From Evtepia sp. (lineage in GTDB: Bacteria; Bacillota; Clostridia; Oscillospirales; Oscillospiraceae): a stretch of 64,000 nucleotides of DNA. The notes under the pieces are model-generated. The model was not told the origin of the DNA. It saw nothing but the letters and a program-made list of their open reading frames with translations, and ran no database searches. Location: NCBI GenBank assembly GCA_031553635.1, contig JAVBLH010000019.1:2639-66638 (forward strand), read 5' to 3'. The position numbers were made by a program, and so were the translations under genes. The stretch's first letter is position 1; each line of letters begins with the position of its first letter. Of this stretch, positions 52,080 through 62,087 are shown in pieces.

Positions 52080-52209
52080 ACCACCCCGCCCTATGGGCAC
52101 CCCTCCAAGGAGGGGAATTAGGACGGGGGATGCGGCTTGGGGTTTCCACTGTCTCACAGGAGTACACAATTCCCCTCCGTGGAGGGGTGGCACGCAGTGA
52201 CGGGGTGGT
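52080..52209 (+). repeat. F1 hairpin repeat (partial F2 follows at ~52225-52262)
   Basis: Both arms; between dnaN and yaaA. Confidence 0.92.
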
Positions 52210-52272
52210 TTTCCCTAAGGTCACCCTCTGCGGACTGCCTGATTGACCTGCTCCGCCCTCTCCGCTCTTCGG

Positions 52273-53379
52273 TTACTCCCCGGCTCTAAGCCGCACCGGC
52301 AGCACCATGTAAATAAAGTCTACCTCTCCCTCATGGGGCTTAATGACGCAGGGAGAAACCCCGCTGGAGAGCTCTAAGCGGACCTTCTCCGCCGGAGCCG
52401 CACGCAGGGCATCCAACATATAGCGATTATTGAACCCGATCTCCAATCCGGCCCCGTCCCCTTCCACATAGCAGCAGTCCGAGGCGGTACCGATGGCGGT
52501 TTTGGTGGTGATGTCCATGGTCTGGTCCCCAAAGACGCAGCGCAGGGGGCTCTTTAATTTATCGGTGATGATCAGGGACACCCGCTCGATGGAGGAGAGT
52601 AAATTCTTGGTCTCCGAGACGATTTTCACCGGGTTCTCCTTGGGAATGGCCTTCTCCCAGGCCAAAAACTCCCCTTCCAGCCGCCGGGAGATGAGAATCA
52701 CCTCGCCGATCTCAAAAACGATGTGCTTATCCCCCAGCAGCACCGTGGCCAGATCCCCGGTGTCCTTGCAGATACGGGCCACTTCTAAGAGGGCGGCCCC
52801 GGGGGTGACAAAGTGGTAGCCCCCTTCACAGGGCTCAATCTCCTCCCGGCGCATGGCCAGGCGGAAGCCGTCTACGGAGACCATGGTGAGCTTTGTCTCC
52901 CCCACCTCGAAGAGGGAGCCGGTGTGTATGGGCCGGGAGTCGTTGTCCGACACGGCAAAGATGGTCTGCTCTATCATGGCCCGCAGGGAGGCCTCGGTGA
53001 TTTGGAAGGACTTTCTATAGTCTACCACAGGCAGCTGGGGAAAATCGTCGGGGTCCATGCCCATAAGGGTAAATTCACTCATGCCGCACTTTAGGGTAAC
53101 CATCAGCTTATGGGCCTCGAAGGACACCACATCATCAGGCATCTTGCGAATGATCTCTCCAAAGAGCCGGGCGGGGAGGATGATGGCCCCGGCCTTGTCT
53201 ATATCCACAGAAACCGCAGCTCTAATCCCCGTTTCCAGGTTATAGCCTGTCACGGTGAGCATAGTCTCGCAGGAGAGGAGGAGGCCTTCCAGGGCGGGAA
53301 TGGAGCTTTTCGGCGACACAGCCCGGGAGGCGGTGGCTATGGCGGCCTGCAGCAGGGCCTTTTCGCAAGTAAATTTCAT
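52273..53379 (-). CDS. dnaN: DNA polymerase III beta clamp
   Basis: MKFTC, VDGFRLA, GEFLAW, IGFNNRY, MVLPVR. Confidence 0.96.
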   Translation of the reverse strand: MKFTCEKALLQAAIATASRAVSPKSSIPALEGLLLSCETMLTVTGYNLETGIRAAVSVDIDKAGAIILPARLFGEIIRKMPDDVVSFEAHKLMVTLKCGMSEFTLMGMDPDDFPQLPVVDYRKSFQITEASLRAMIEQTIFAVSDNDSRPIHTGSLFEVGETKLTMVSVDGFRLAMRREEIEPCEGGYHFVTPGAALLEVARICKDTGDLATVLLGDKHIVFEIGEVILISRRLEGEFLAWEKAIPKENPVKIVSETKNLLSSIERVSLIITDKLKSPLRCVFGDQTMDITTKTAIGTASDCCYVEGDGAGLEIGFNNRYMLDALRAAPAEKVRLELSSGVSPCVIKPHEGEVDFIYMVLPVRLRAGE

Positions 53380-53450
53380 GGTAACGTTCCTTTCTGGTGT
53401 TCTCCGGAGAGAGCCCCCCCGCAGGAGGCATAGCCTCTCTCCTTAAAGGA

Positions 53451-53630
53451 GAAGATAGGATAAAGATAGTAATAATAGTACGTAGGGAAATTTTTTGTGG
53501 AAAACCCTCAAATTTCCTTGATTTGCAAGGGTTAGACCCTCCACAGGGGGTGGGGAAATATCGTACAACCTTGTGTATGATTTTTTCCACAGTGAAAATT
53601 GTCCACATGATGTTTTCAACATATCCACAA
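53451..53630. other. oriC: DnaA-box cluster and DnaA-trio/unwinding element
   Basis: DnaA-box variants at 53496-53504, 53572-53580, 53583-53591, 53599-53607, 53621-53629; minus strand TTTTCCACA..CCC-TACGTACTATTATTACTA next to the dnaN RBS. Confidence 0.8.
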
Positions 53631-53679
53631 AATCTGGGGATTTTTTTATGGGGTTACCAAGCGGTTAACTGACGTAGGC

Positions 53680-53902
53680 ACCACCCCGACCTATGGGCAC
53701 CCCTCCACAGGAGGGGAATTAGGACGGGGGTGCGGGTTGAGTTTTCCGCTGCCTCACAGGAGTACACAATTCCCCTCCTGTGGAGGGGTGGCACGCAGTG
53801 CCGGGGTGGTTTCCCCTCCTATGGAGGTCAAATTGACCAGTGGACAATTTGATAAGATCATGGGAAGCCACATGGAAGAAGGGCAGGTCGTGACGGGGTG
53901 GT
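53680..53902 (+). repeat. F1 repeat + extra B arm containing F3 (53828-53880), between dnaA and the DnaA boxes
   Basis: A-spacer-B followed by a split B arm. Confidence 0.9.
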
Positions 53903-54042
53903 CAACCGCCAACGCAGCGCGCCCAAGGCCTGGTGTTTCCTCACCCAAGAACCACAGAAAAAAAGGAACAGGTCACCACCAAAGACAGTGGCGCTCACTG
54001 ATGGTAAAAACCAAAATTGCTAAAAGATATAAAAACTATTAT

Positions 54043-55359
54043 TTATTCATACCGAGAATTAATATTCGTCTTAATATCCTTCAGCACCTCGGCAATCTCC
54101 GGGTTCTTATTCTTCATCTTCTCAATTCGATCAATGGAATGAAGTACCGTAGTATGATCTCGATTCTCAAACTCCCGGCCTATCTCCTTGAGGGACAGGG
54201 AGGTCATATTACGAATGAGATACATGGCAATCTGCCGGGCGTGGGCCGTGTCTTTGGTTCTCCCCTGGCCCCGGAGGGCGTCGTCCTCTATGCTGTAAAA
54301 TTTACAAACCTCGTCGATGATCACAGCGGCGGAGGGCAAAATGGCGCTGGGGTCCTTAAACATATCCCGCACCGCCCGGGTCACCGTCCCGGCGTCTACG
54401 CTGCTGCCCAACAAATCCCGAAAGGCCAGAATTTTATTGACAGTCCCCTCAATCTGCCGCACGTTGGCGGTGATATTCTCCGCCACGTAGGTGAGGACTT
54501 CCTCGGGCAAATCCACCCCCATGCGTATGGCCTTGTTTTTAATGATAGCCATACGGGTCTCATAGTCCGGGGCCTGGATATCCGCCAAGAGGCCCCACTC
54601 AAAGCGGGTTTTCAATCGGTCTTCCAGCCGCAGCATCTCCTTAGGCGGCCGGTCCGAGGTGAAGACAATCTGCTTCTTGGCTTCATACAGGGTGTTAAAG
54701 GTATGAAACATCTCTTCCTGGGTGGAATCTCTGCCGGCGATAAACTGGACGTCGTCCATGAGGAACACATCAGCGGAGCGATACTTTTCCCGAAACTCCT
54801 GGTTTCGCCCTTCCCGTATGGCCTGAATTAGCTCGTTGGTAAAGGCGTCACCCCGGATATAGACGATGCGAAAATCCGGGTGGGAGCGATGTATGGTATG
54901 GGCGATGGCGTAGAGGATATGGGTCTTGCCCAGGCCCGACTCGCCGTAAATAAACAGGGGGTTATAGGAGGCGGCGGGGTTCTCCGCCACGGCCACGGCG
55001 GCGGCATGGGCAAACTTATTGGAGTTGCCCACCACAAAGCGCTCAAAGGTATAGTCCTCCGTGCCGGGCAAAAACCGCCCGCCCATGGGGGTAGGGCGAA
55101 ACCGGGCCCTTTCCTCCTCCCCCAGAACTTCCACCTGGAAATCGGCGGAGAAGATCTCAAAGAGGGCCTTTTTCACCAAGGGGGCGTAGCGGTTTTCGAT
55201 GATCTCCTTCTTAAAGGCCGAGGGGGTGTAAAGGATGAGCCTGTCGTCCTCCAAGGCCAGGGCCTCGGTGTCGTCGAACCAGGTGGAAATGGTGGTGGCT
55301 GTGATCTCTCCCTCCATAAGGGTGAGAATTTTAGCCCAAATATCCGCCGCAGAATTCAT
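54043..55359 (-). CDS. dnaA: Chromosomal replication initiator DnaA
   Basis: YTFERFVVG.SN, NPLFIYGESGLGKTH, DDVQF, DHTTVLH. Confidence 0.98.
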   Translation of the reverse strand: MNSAADIWAKILTLMEGEITATTISTWFDDTEALALEDDRLILYTPSAFKKEIIENRYAPLVKKALFEIFSADFQVEVLGEEERARFRPTPMGGRFLPGTEDYTFERFVVGNSNKFAHAAAVAVAENPAASYNPLFIYGESGLGKTHILYAIAHTIHRSHPDFRIVYIRGDAFTNELIQAIREGRNQEFREKYRSADVFLMDDVQFIAGRDSTQEEMFHTFNTLYEAKKQIVFTSDRPPKEMLRLEDRLKTRFEWGLLADIQAPDYETRMAIIKNKAIRMGVDLPEEVLTYVAENITANVRQIEGTVNKILAFRDLLGSSVDAGTVTRAVRDMFKDPSAILPSAAVIIDEVCKFYSIEDDALRGQGRTKDTAHARQIAMYLIRNMTSLSLKEIGREFENRDHTTVLHSIDRIEKMKNKNPEIAEVLKDIKTNINSRYE

Positions 55360-55455
55360 AAGGGGAAAACCTCCTGAAAGGGGTGTAATTACAATGTAAA
55401 GGGAAAGGCCCGGGGCCTTTGCGCTTCTGTGTCACGCTACGGGGGACTGCGCCAA

Positions 55456-55538
55456 GGCCAATAAGTCTGCCCTCCGCGGCTGCCCGGAAAAAGTCTGCGA
55501 CTTTCCCCGTTCACCCTCTGCGGACTGCCTTATTGACC
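55456..55538 (-). repeat. F2 83-bp repeat in the dnaA leader
   Basis: GGCCAATAAG...CTTATTGACC. Confidence 0.85.
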
Positions 55539-55577
55539 TGCTCCGCCCCCTGCGCGCTTCGTTTTTTCTATCCCCCT

Positions 55578-55606
55578 ATTATATCAAATTTTCGCATCCA
55601 ACACAA
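55578..55606 (-). promoter_or_regulatory. Sigma-A promoter for dnaA
   Basis: TTGTGT-17-TATAAT with TG extension on the minus strand. Confidence 0.55.
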
Positions 55607-55765
55607 GGAGAAAAATGTTATAATATTATAATAATGTATAAAAAAAACCGGCAAGTTGCCGAAAATTTTTAGAAGGACTTGTGGACGGACGTTTTTCCGC
55701 CTACCACATATAGAGTGCGCACCGTCAAAATGGCAAAACCCAAGGTTTCCCTGGGGAATTGGCAG

Positions 55766-55795
55766 TTGACAGAGCGCAAAAATATCCGTTATAAT
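55766..55795 (+). promoter_or_regulatory. Sigma-A promoter for rpmH
   Basis: TTGACA-18-TATAAT. Confidence 0.65.
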
Positions 55796-55893
55796 ACTAT
55801 TCACGCCGAAAGGCGACTATTTGACGACCGCAGAGATAGAAGTGAGACTCTCGGCCCAGCGCCGCACTGTCACGCTCCGGGGGACTGCGCGAC

Positions 55894-55976
55894 GGTCAAT
55901 AAGTCTGCCCTCCGCGGCTGAACGATAAAAGTTTGCAACTTTTTCCGTTCACCCGCTGCGGACTGCCTTATTGCCC
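55894..55976 (-). repeat. F2 83-bp repeat in the rpmH leader
   Basis: GGTCAATAAG...CTTATTGCCC. Confidence 0.85.
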
Positions 55977-56055
55977 TGCTTCGCCCCCTGCGCGCTTCTA
56001 ACCCTGTTGTGGTGGGCGGTAAAACCGCTTCAATAAGATACAGGAGGTGTATCAC

Positions 56056-56190
56056 ATGGTTCGTACCTATCAGCCGAAAAAGCGGCAGCGCTCCAAGGAG
56101 CATGGCTTCCGCAAGCGTATGGCCACCAGAAATGGGCGTAAGGTTCTGGCTCGTCGCAGAGCACGTGGCCGCGCTCGTCTGACCCACTAA
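56056..56190 (+). CDS. rpmH: 50S ribosomal protein L34 (not in the ORF track)
   Basis: Manual translation [44 protein letters not shown]; AGGAGG RBS. Confidence 0.98.
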   Translation: MVRTYQPKKRQRSKEHGFRKRMATRNGRKVLARRRARGRARLTH

Positions 56191-56280
56191 TGGGCCGGCG
56201 GCAATCATAGAAACCAACCGGGGCGGGGGAGATTTTCCACCGCCCCTGCGCAGCATGGGGAGAAAAGGGGGCCGGAAACC

Positions 56281-56637
56281 GTGAAATACACCCTGTCCTT
56301 AAAGGAAAACAGGCAGTTTCGCCGCCTTTACGCCAAGGGGCAAAAGGCCGTTTCCCCCTACCTTGCCCTCTACTGCCGCCGCAGCACCCCGGGGGAGAAT
56401 CGCCTGGGGATCACCGTATCCGGCAAGCTGGGCATTGCCGTCCGCCGCAATCTCATCCGCCGCCGCTTAAAAGAGGCCTACCGGGTTAACGAGGAAAAAT
56501 TCCTCCCCGGGCATCTCATTGTGGTGGTGGCCAGAACCCGGGCCATGGACGCGCCTTACGCCGTGCTGGAGCGGCACTTTCTCAAGCTGGCAGGAGAGCT
56601 GAAGCTCCTGAAACCCGAGAGGCGGGATGGGCCATGA
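56281..56637 (+). CDS. rnpA: Ribonuclease P protein component
   Basis: [31 protein letters not shown]. Confidence 0.95.
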   Translation: MKYTLSLKENRQFRRLYAKGQKAVSPYLALYCRRSTPGENRLGITVSGKLGIAVRRNLIRRRLKEAYRVNEEKFLPGHLIVVVARTRAMDAPYAVLERHFLKLAGELKLLKPERRDGP

Positions 56638-56852
56638 AGGGCTTTCTTCTCCTTCTCATCCGGGGGTATCGCAAGTACATTTCCCCCCTAAAGGCACCCA
56701 GCTGCCGCTTTATCCCCTCCTGCTCCTCCTACGCCCTGGAGGCGGTGGAGAAGTACGGGGCCCTAAAAGGCGGTGCCCTGGCAGCTAGGCGGCTTTTAAA
56801 GTGTCATCCCTTCCACCGGGAGGATACCTATGTGTATGACCCTGTGCCTTAG
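56634..56852 (+). CDS. yidD: Membrane protein insertion efficiency factor
   Basis: [31 protein letters not shown]. Confidence 0.95.
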   Translation: MKGFLLLLIRGYRKYISPLKAPSCRFIPSCSSYALEAVEKYGALKGGALAARRLLKCHPFHREDTYVYDPVP

Positions 56853-57005
56853 GGTCTATTTGTGCTACCCAGCTTTTGGGAGATTTGGGTCTACCATCCT
56901 GGTAGGCATTTGGTTTTGATGCTTACAGGCAAAGGGCCTGCTCCTTTTTTCTGTGGTTCTCGGGCATAGAAACACCAAGCCCTGGGCGCACTGCGTTGGC
57001 GGTTA

Positions 57006-57224
57006 ACCACCCCGTCACTGCGTGCCACCCCTCCACAGGAGGGGAATTGTGTAATACTGTGAGGCAGCGGAAAACTCAAACCGCATCCCCCCGTCCTAAT
57101 TCCCCTCCTGTGGAGGGGTGCCCATAGGGCGGGGTGGTGACGAGGTCAGTTAACCGCCCACCCCAAACCCCCATCCCCCGTCCTAATTCCCCTCCATGGA
57201 GGGGTGCCCAAAGGGCGGGGTGGT
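57006..57224 (-). repeat. F1 array B-spacer-A-A (87-bp period)
   Basis: Arm A AATT at 57098 and 57185. Confidence 0.92.
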
Positions 57225-57391
57225 GACGACCTCAGTTAACCGCCCACCAAAAAAGAACCACAACACCCCCCGGCCTCTCAGGACGGCACAAGACCCGGCC
57301 TTGCACAGCCAAACATTCACTTGCAGCTAGCAAAAAACTCCAACAAAAAGCCCTCGGACACCGTCCGATTTAAATGGAGGCATTATCATCT

Positions 57392-58780
57392 ATGGATTTC
57401 AGTATCATCTTACAACCCTTCGCCATGCTTTTGGGCTTCTTCTACCAACTGACCCAAAGCTACGGCCTGGCCCTGGCCCTCATCTGCGTGGTCTTTAAGA
57501 TCATCCTTTTCCCCATCTCCATGAAGGGCAGAAAGGGCATGCTGGACATGAGCCGCCTGGGGGATAAGCAAAAGGACCTCCAGGCCAAGTTCGGCAAGGA
57601 CAGGCAGCAGTACCAGATCGAGCTGCAAAAGCTCTACGAAACAGAGGGGGTCAAGCCCTCTGCCGGCTGTCTCTGGTCCTTTGCGCCCCTGCCCCTGCTG
57701 ATGGCCCTTTACTACATCGTCAGCCAGCCCTTTAAGTACCTGATGCACCTGTCCACCGAGCAGATTACCGCCCTGGTGGCCCTGTTCCAAACCGGGGACA
57801 AGAAGACTAACATGGGCCTGGCCCAATTGGGCATGGCCCAAGACGTGTACACCCAGTTCGACAAGGTCCAGGCAAGTCTGCCCGAGGTGGCCGCCCAGAT
57901 CACAGCCTCCGGCGGGCCCATCGACTTTAACTTCTTTGGCATCAACCTCTCCGAAACCCCCAACTTCTTCATGTTCCAGAGCGGCGTGCCCCTGGATTGG
58001 GCCCACATCGGCCTCTTCCTGCTGCCCATCGTCTCCGCCGCCTTTGCCCTGCTGTCCATGATGGTGAACCTCCGGATGAACAAAAAGGTTCTGGGCACCA
58101 CCACCCAGCAGGACACCACCAACAAGCAGATGATGTTCATCCAGCCCATGATCTCCCTGTTTCTGGGCTTCACCCTCCCCGCCGCCCTGGGCGTTTACTG
58201 GACAGCCAACTCCATCCTGGCCATCTTCCAGGAATTCTTCTCCCTGGGCATCCTCCGCAAGCATGTCAAGGCGATGAATGAAAAGGCCGCCATCCGTGCC
58301 GAGGAAAACCGGGAGAAGGAAAAGGAACTCAAGCGCCAGGCCGCCGAGCAGAAGAAGAAAAAGCAGGAGGAAGCCCAGCGCATTAAATTGGAGCGCAAGG
58401 TCAGCGCCGAGGGCCTCTCCATGGCCGACAGCCGTGTGGGCATGCGTGCCTACGCCAGAGGCCGCACCTTCGATAAGGACCGCTACCCCGTCACCCCCTA
58501 CCGCGACCCCGACGACATCATCCGGGAGCAGAAGGCCGCCTGGGAAAAAGCCCAGGAGGAAAAGCGCCAGGCCTATGAGAGCAAAAAGGGCAAAAAGGGC
58601 GGCAAAAACCAGGTGGAGCCCTACCTCCCCGAGAGAGATGCCCAGATGCGCTATCTGGAGGAAGATCGTTACGAAGCCCCCGCCCAGGCGCCCGATGTCT
58701 TAGACGAAGGGGATGGCTACACCCAGGCCGACCTGGAAGTGGGCGAGGGCTATGAGGAAGGAGGAAGTGACCGTGATTAA
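57392..58780 (+). CDS. yidC: Membrane protein insertase YidC/Oxa1 with long charged C-tail
   Basis: SYGLAL, ELQKLY..GV.PSAGCL, PAALGVYWTANS; canonical position. Confidence 0.93.
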   Translation: MDFSIILQPFAMLLGFFYQLTQSYGLALALICVVFKIILFPISMKGRKGMLDMSRLGDKQKDLQAKFGKDRQQYQIELQKLYETEGVKPSAGCLWSFAPLPLLMALYYIVSQPFKYLMHLSTEQITALVALFQTGDKKTNMGLAQLGMAQDVYTQFDKVQASLPEVAAQITASGGPIDFNFFGINLSETPNFFMFQSGVPLDWAHIGLFLLPIVSAAFALLSMMVNLRMNKKVLGTTTQQDTTNKQMMFIQPMISLFLGFTLPAALGVYWTANSILAIFQEFFSLGILRKHVKAMNEKAAIRAEENREKEKELKRQAAEQKKKKQEEAQRIKLERKVSAEGLSMADSRVGMRAYARGRTFDKDRYPVTPYRDPDDIIREQKAAWEKAQEEKRQAYESKKGKKGGKNQVEPYLPERDAQMRYLEEDRYEAPAQAPDVLDEGDGYTQADLEVGEGYEEGGSDRD

Positions 58781-59600
58781 ATGGATAGAGGCCACAGGGA
58801 AAAACGAGGAGGCCGCCATCGCAGCCGCCCTTTCCCAGTTAGGATTAGAGCGTGACGACGTATCCGTTGAGGTATTGGACAGAGCCAAAAGCGGCTTTTT
58901 GGGCCTAGGCTCCACCCCCGCCCGGGTGAAGGTGAGCTACGAAGGCCCCGACGAAGCCCCGGTAAAACCCGCCCCTCCTGTGAAGGAGACCCCCAGAGCC
59001 GAGGGTAAGGAGGCCCCCAAGGCCCCCCCTGTGAAGGAAGGGCCCAAGGCAGAAGCCCCCAAGGCGGCCCCCGTATCCCGCCCTGAAGCCCCCAAGGCGC
59101 CCACGGAGGAAGCCCAGGGCGAGGCAGAGCCCCAGGACACCGAAGAGCGGGCAAAAGCCTTCCTCACCGGTCTTATGGCCCAGATGGGCGTGGAGGCCAC
59201 CCCCGTGATGAAACCCCGGGCCGAGGGCGGCTTTCAGGTGACCCTGGAGGGGGAAAAGCTGGGTGCCCTCATCGGCCACAGAGGCGAGACTCTGGACGCC
59301 ATCCAGCAGCTGTGCAACTACGCGGTGAACCGAGGCAGAACCCGCCGGGTACGCATCCACATCGACGTGGAGAACTACCGCTCCAAGCGGGAGGAGGCCC
59401 TCCAGCGCCTGGCCACAAAAGTCGCGGCCAAGGTGGTAAAATACCGCCGCAACGTGACCCTAGAGCCCATGAACGCCTACGAGCGCCACGTCATCCACGA
59501 GGCCCTGCAGGAATATCCCGACGTGCTGACTTACTCCACAGGCACAGAGCCCAACCGGAGAACCGTGGTGGCCTACTCCCGCGGCAAGCATACGTATTAA
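58773..59600 (+). CDS. jag: RNA-binding protein Jag/KhpB (EloR)
   Basis: EATGKNEEAAI, GFLGLG, KH (GALIGHRGETLDAIQ), R3H (PMNAYERHVIH). Confidence 0.95.
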   Translation: MIKWIEATGKNEEAAIAAALSQLGLERDDVSVEVLDRAKSGFLGLGSTPARVKVSYEGPDEAPVKPAPPVKETPRAEGKEAPKAPPVKEGPKAEAPKAAPVSRPEAPKAPTEEAQGEAEPQDTEERAKAFLTGLMAQMGVEATPVMKPRAEGGFQVTLEGEKLGALIGHRGETLDAIQQLCNYAVNRGRTRRVRIHIDVENYRSKREEALQRLATKVAAKVVKYRRNVTLEPMNAYERHVIHEALQEYPDVLTYSTGTEPNRRTVVAYSRGKHTY

Positions 59601-59642
59601 TAGGTTCCGACTTCCTATACTATACAGAAAGCAGGAACACCA

Positions 59643-60587
59643 ATGGAACAATCCATCCGAGACAGGATAGACCCCCAGCTGCTAAGCTGGTATGACAACT
59701 CCCCCGGCTTCGATTTCGACGAGCTGGAGGCCTTTGTCCAAAAGCAGAACGCCCTGGAGCTGGAAAACCTTCGGGATGACCCTGCCGTTACCGTTTACGA
59801 GCGGCTGATCCCCGGGCCGAAAAACGCCCCCGATGTGAAGATACGCATCTACGAGCCTTACGAGCGACGGGGGCTTTTGCCCTGCGTCCTGTTTTTCCAC
59901 GGCGGCGGCTTCCTCTTCGGCAGCGTCTACCGCCAGGAGGCCCTCTGCCAGCGCTATGTGAAAAACGTGGGCTGCGTGGTGGTCTCTGTGGAATATCGCC
60001 TGGCCCCCATGTGGAAGGCCCCCGCCCCGGTGGAAGACGGGTACGCCGCCCTCACCTGGATCTACGAAAACGGGGAAGAAATCGGCGTGGATAAAGACAA
60101 GCTGGCCCTCTGCGGCCTCTCCGCCGGGGGCACCATCGTGGCCAGCCTCTCCATGATGTCGAGAGACAGAAAGGGCCCCCCCATCGCCCTCCAGCTGCCC
60201 CTTTACGGGGAGATGGACTGGCGCCTGGCCACCCATTCCAGCCGGGAGATCACCGACCCCAAGGTCTGGTGCCGGGAGAACAACCGCACCTCCTGGGATT
60301 TATACTTAGGGGAGGAAAAGGCCGTGGATTCCTACGATTCCCCCAGCCTCTCCCGTAACCTGAATCATCTGCCGCCCCTCTTCTCCTTTGTGGGGGGCTT
60401 AGACCCGGTGCGGGATGAAAACATGGCCTTTTGGACCCGACTCATGGAGGTGGGCACCCCGGTAGAGGGCCACATCTTCCCCGGGGCCTACCACTGCTTC
60501 GAGCTGGGCTCTCCCGACGCCGAAGTGAGCAAAAAGGCATTCAGTCTCACCTATGCGGCGCTAAAGCAGGCCTTTGGGCTAGAGTAA
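59643..60587 (+). CDS. Alpha/beta hydrolase, HSL-family esterase/lipase
   Basis: FHGGGF oxyanion motif, VEYRLAP, GLSAGG nucleophile, DPVRDE, GAYHCF. Confidence 0.9.
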   Translation: MEQSIRDRIDPQLLSWYDNSPGFDFDELEAFVQKQNALELENLRDDPAVTVYERLIPGPKNAPDVKIRIYEPYERRGLLPCVLFFHGGGFLFGSVYRQEALCQRYVKNVGCVVVSVEYRLAPMWKAPAPVEDGYAALTWIYENGEEIGVDKDKLALCGLSAGGTIVASLSMMSRDRKGPPIALQLPLYGEMDWRLATHSSREITDPKVWCRENNRTSWDLYLGEEKAVDSYDSPSLSRNLNHLPPLFSFVGGLDPVRDENMAFWTRLMEVGTPVEGHIFPGAYHCFELGSPDAEVSKKAFSLTYAALKQAFGLE

Positions 60588-60661
60588 GACCGAAAAATTA
60601 GGGGAAACTATCCCCAAACCGTCAAGGATTTGTGGAAAAGGGCGAAAGGGGTGCAGGGCCC

Positions 60662-61408
60662 ATGGATCTGTGGAAGGAACTCATAAGCCGCATCCAAGGC
60701 GGCCGCCCGCCCCACGCCCTGCTTCTCACTGGCCAGGGCCGGGAGGAAGCCGCCCGCACCCTTGCCGCCGCCTACCTCTGTGAGGGGGACGAAAAGCCCT
60801 GCCAGGCCTGCCTCCACTGCCGCAAGGTAAGGGAGGGCACCCACCCCGACCTGGGAGAATACGGCCGGGAGGGCCTCCCCGTGGATACGATAAGGGCCCT
60901 GCGTAAGGACGCCTGGGTGCGCCCCAATGAGGCCCAGCGGAAAGTGTATCTCCTCCACAAGGCGGAGGACATGAGCCCCCAGGGGCAAAACGCCCTGTTA
61001 AAACTGTTGGAGGAGGGCCCCCTCTTTGCGGTGTTCCTCTTCCTGGTGCGAAACCCGGAGCAATTGCTGCCCACCCTGCGCTCCCGCTGCGAGACCATAC
61101 GCCTAAACCCCGGCGGGGAGGGGGAAGCCCCCCTGGGCCCCGAGGCTCTGGCCCTGGCTTCTCTCCTTAGGGAGGAAAAGCCCGGCCTGCCCTTTGCGGA
61201 GTTTTGCGTTTCTCTGGAGAAAAAGCCCCGGGAGGAGATATCGGCCCTTCTGGATGAAACCATCCGGGGGCTTTGTCAGGGTTTGGGCATGGAGCAGGGC
61301 CAAACCCTGCGCCGGATTGAGGCCTTGCAGAATATCCGCGCTGCCTGCGAGTATAATATCAGTTCAGGGCATATCTCCGGGCTGATGCTGGCCGCATTGG
61401 CGGAGTAG
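60662..61408 (+). CDS. holB: DNA polymerase III delta' subunit (short form)
   Basis: PHALLL, C..C.HCRKV..GTHPD, QGQNALLKLLEEG, LLPTLRSRC. Confidence 0.85.
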   Translation: MDLWKELISRIQGGRPPHALLLTGQGREEAARTLAAAYLCEGDEKPCQACLHCRKVREGTHPDLGEYGREGLPVDTIRALRKDAWVRPNEAQRKVYLLHKAEDMSPQGQNALLKLLEEGPLFAVFLFLVRNPEQLLPTLRSRCETIRLNPGGEGEAPLGPEALALASLLREEKPGLPFAEFCVSLEKKPREEISALLDETIRGLCQGLGMEQGQTLRRIEALQNIRAACEYNISSGHISGLMLAALAE

Positions 61409-61481
61409 ATATTTTGGTGTTGCCATACGGGGAGGCATGTGGTTATGTACCGACCCCGTGGGCACTCTGCGTTGGCGGTTG

Positions 61482-61934
61482 ACCACCCCGTCACTGCGTG
61501 CCACCCCTCCACAGGAGGGGAATTGTGTACTCCTGTGAGGCAGAGGAACCCCACAAATCGCCTCCCCCGTCCTAATTCCCCTCCTGTGGAGGGGTGCCCA
61601 AAGGGCGGGGTGGTGACTACGCCAGTTAACCGTGTACTACTGTAGGGCAGAGGAAACCCCAAACCGCAACTCCCGTCCTAATTCCCCTCCTGTGGAGGGG
61701 TGTCCAAAGGGCGGGGTGGTGACTACGCCAGTTAACCGTGTACTCCTGTAAGACAGAGGAACCCCAAAAATCGCATCCACCGTCCTAATTCCCCTCCTGT
61801 GGAGGGGTGCCCAAAGGGCGGGGTGGTGACTACGTCAGTTAACCGTGTACTCCTGTGAGGCAGAGGAACCCCAAAAATCGCCTCCCCCGTCCTAATTCCC
61901 CTCCTGTGGAGGGGTGCCCAAAGGGCGGGGTGGT
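61482..61934 (-). repeat. F1 tandem array: one B arm + four spacer-A units (106-107-bp period)
   Basis: AATTCCCCTCCTGTGGAGGGG at 61574, 61680, 61787, 61894. Confidence 0.93.
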
Positions 61935-62087
61935 GACTACGCCAGTTAACCGCAAAACCCTATCCTACATGAGCATGTAAAAGCCCAAAACAGAAAAAAC
62001 CTCTATTTCAGCAATAGAGCCAAAATAAAATCCCACCGCCTGGGTGTAAAGGCGGTCTTTTGCCAACAGCAAAAGCGGAGCAAACTT

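Noticed and set aside
61482-61934. CRISPR array
   Set aside because: The segments between repeats are near-identical homologues, the period is ~107 bp, the same unit is dispersed across the window, and there are no cas genes.
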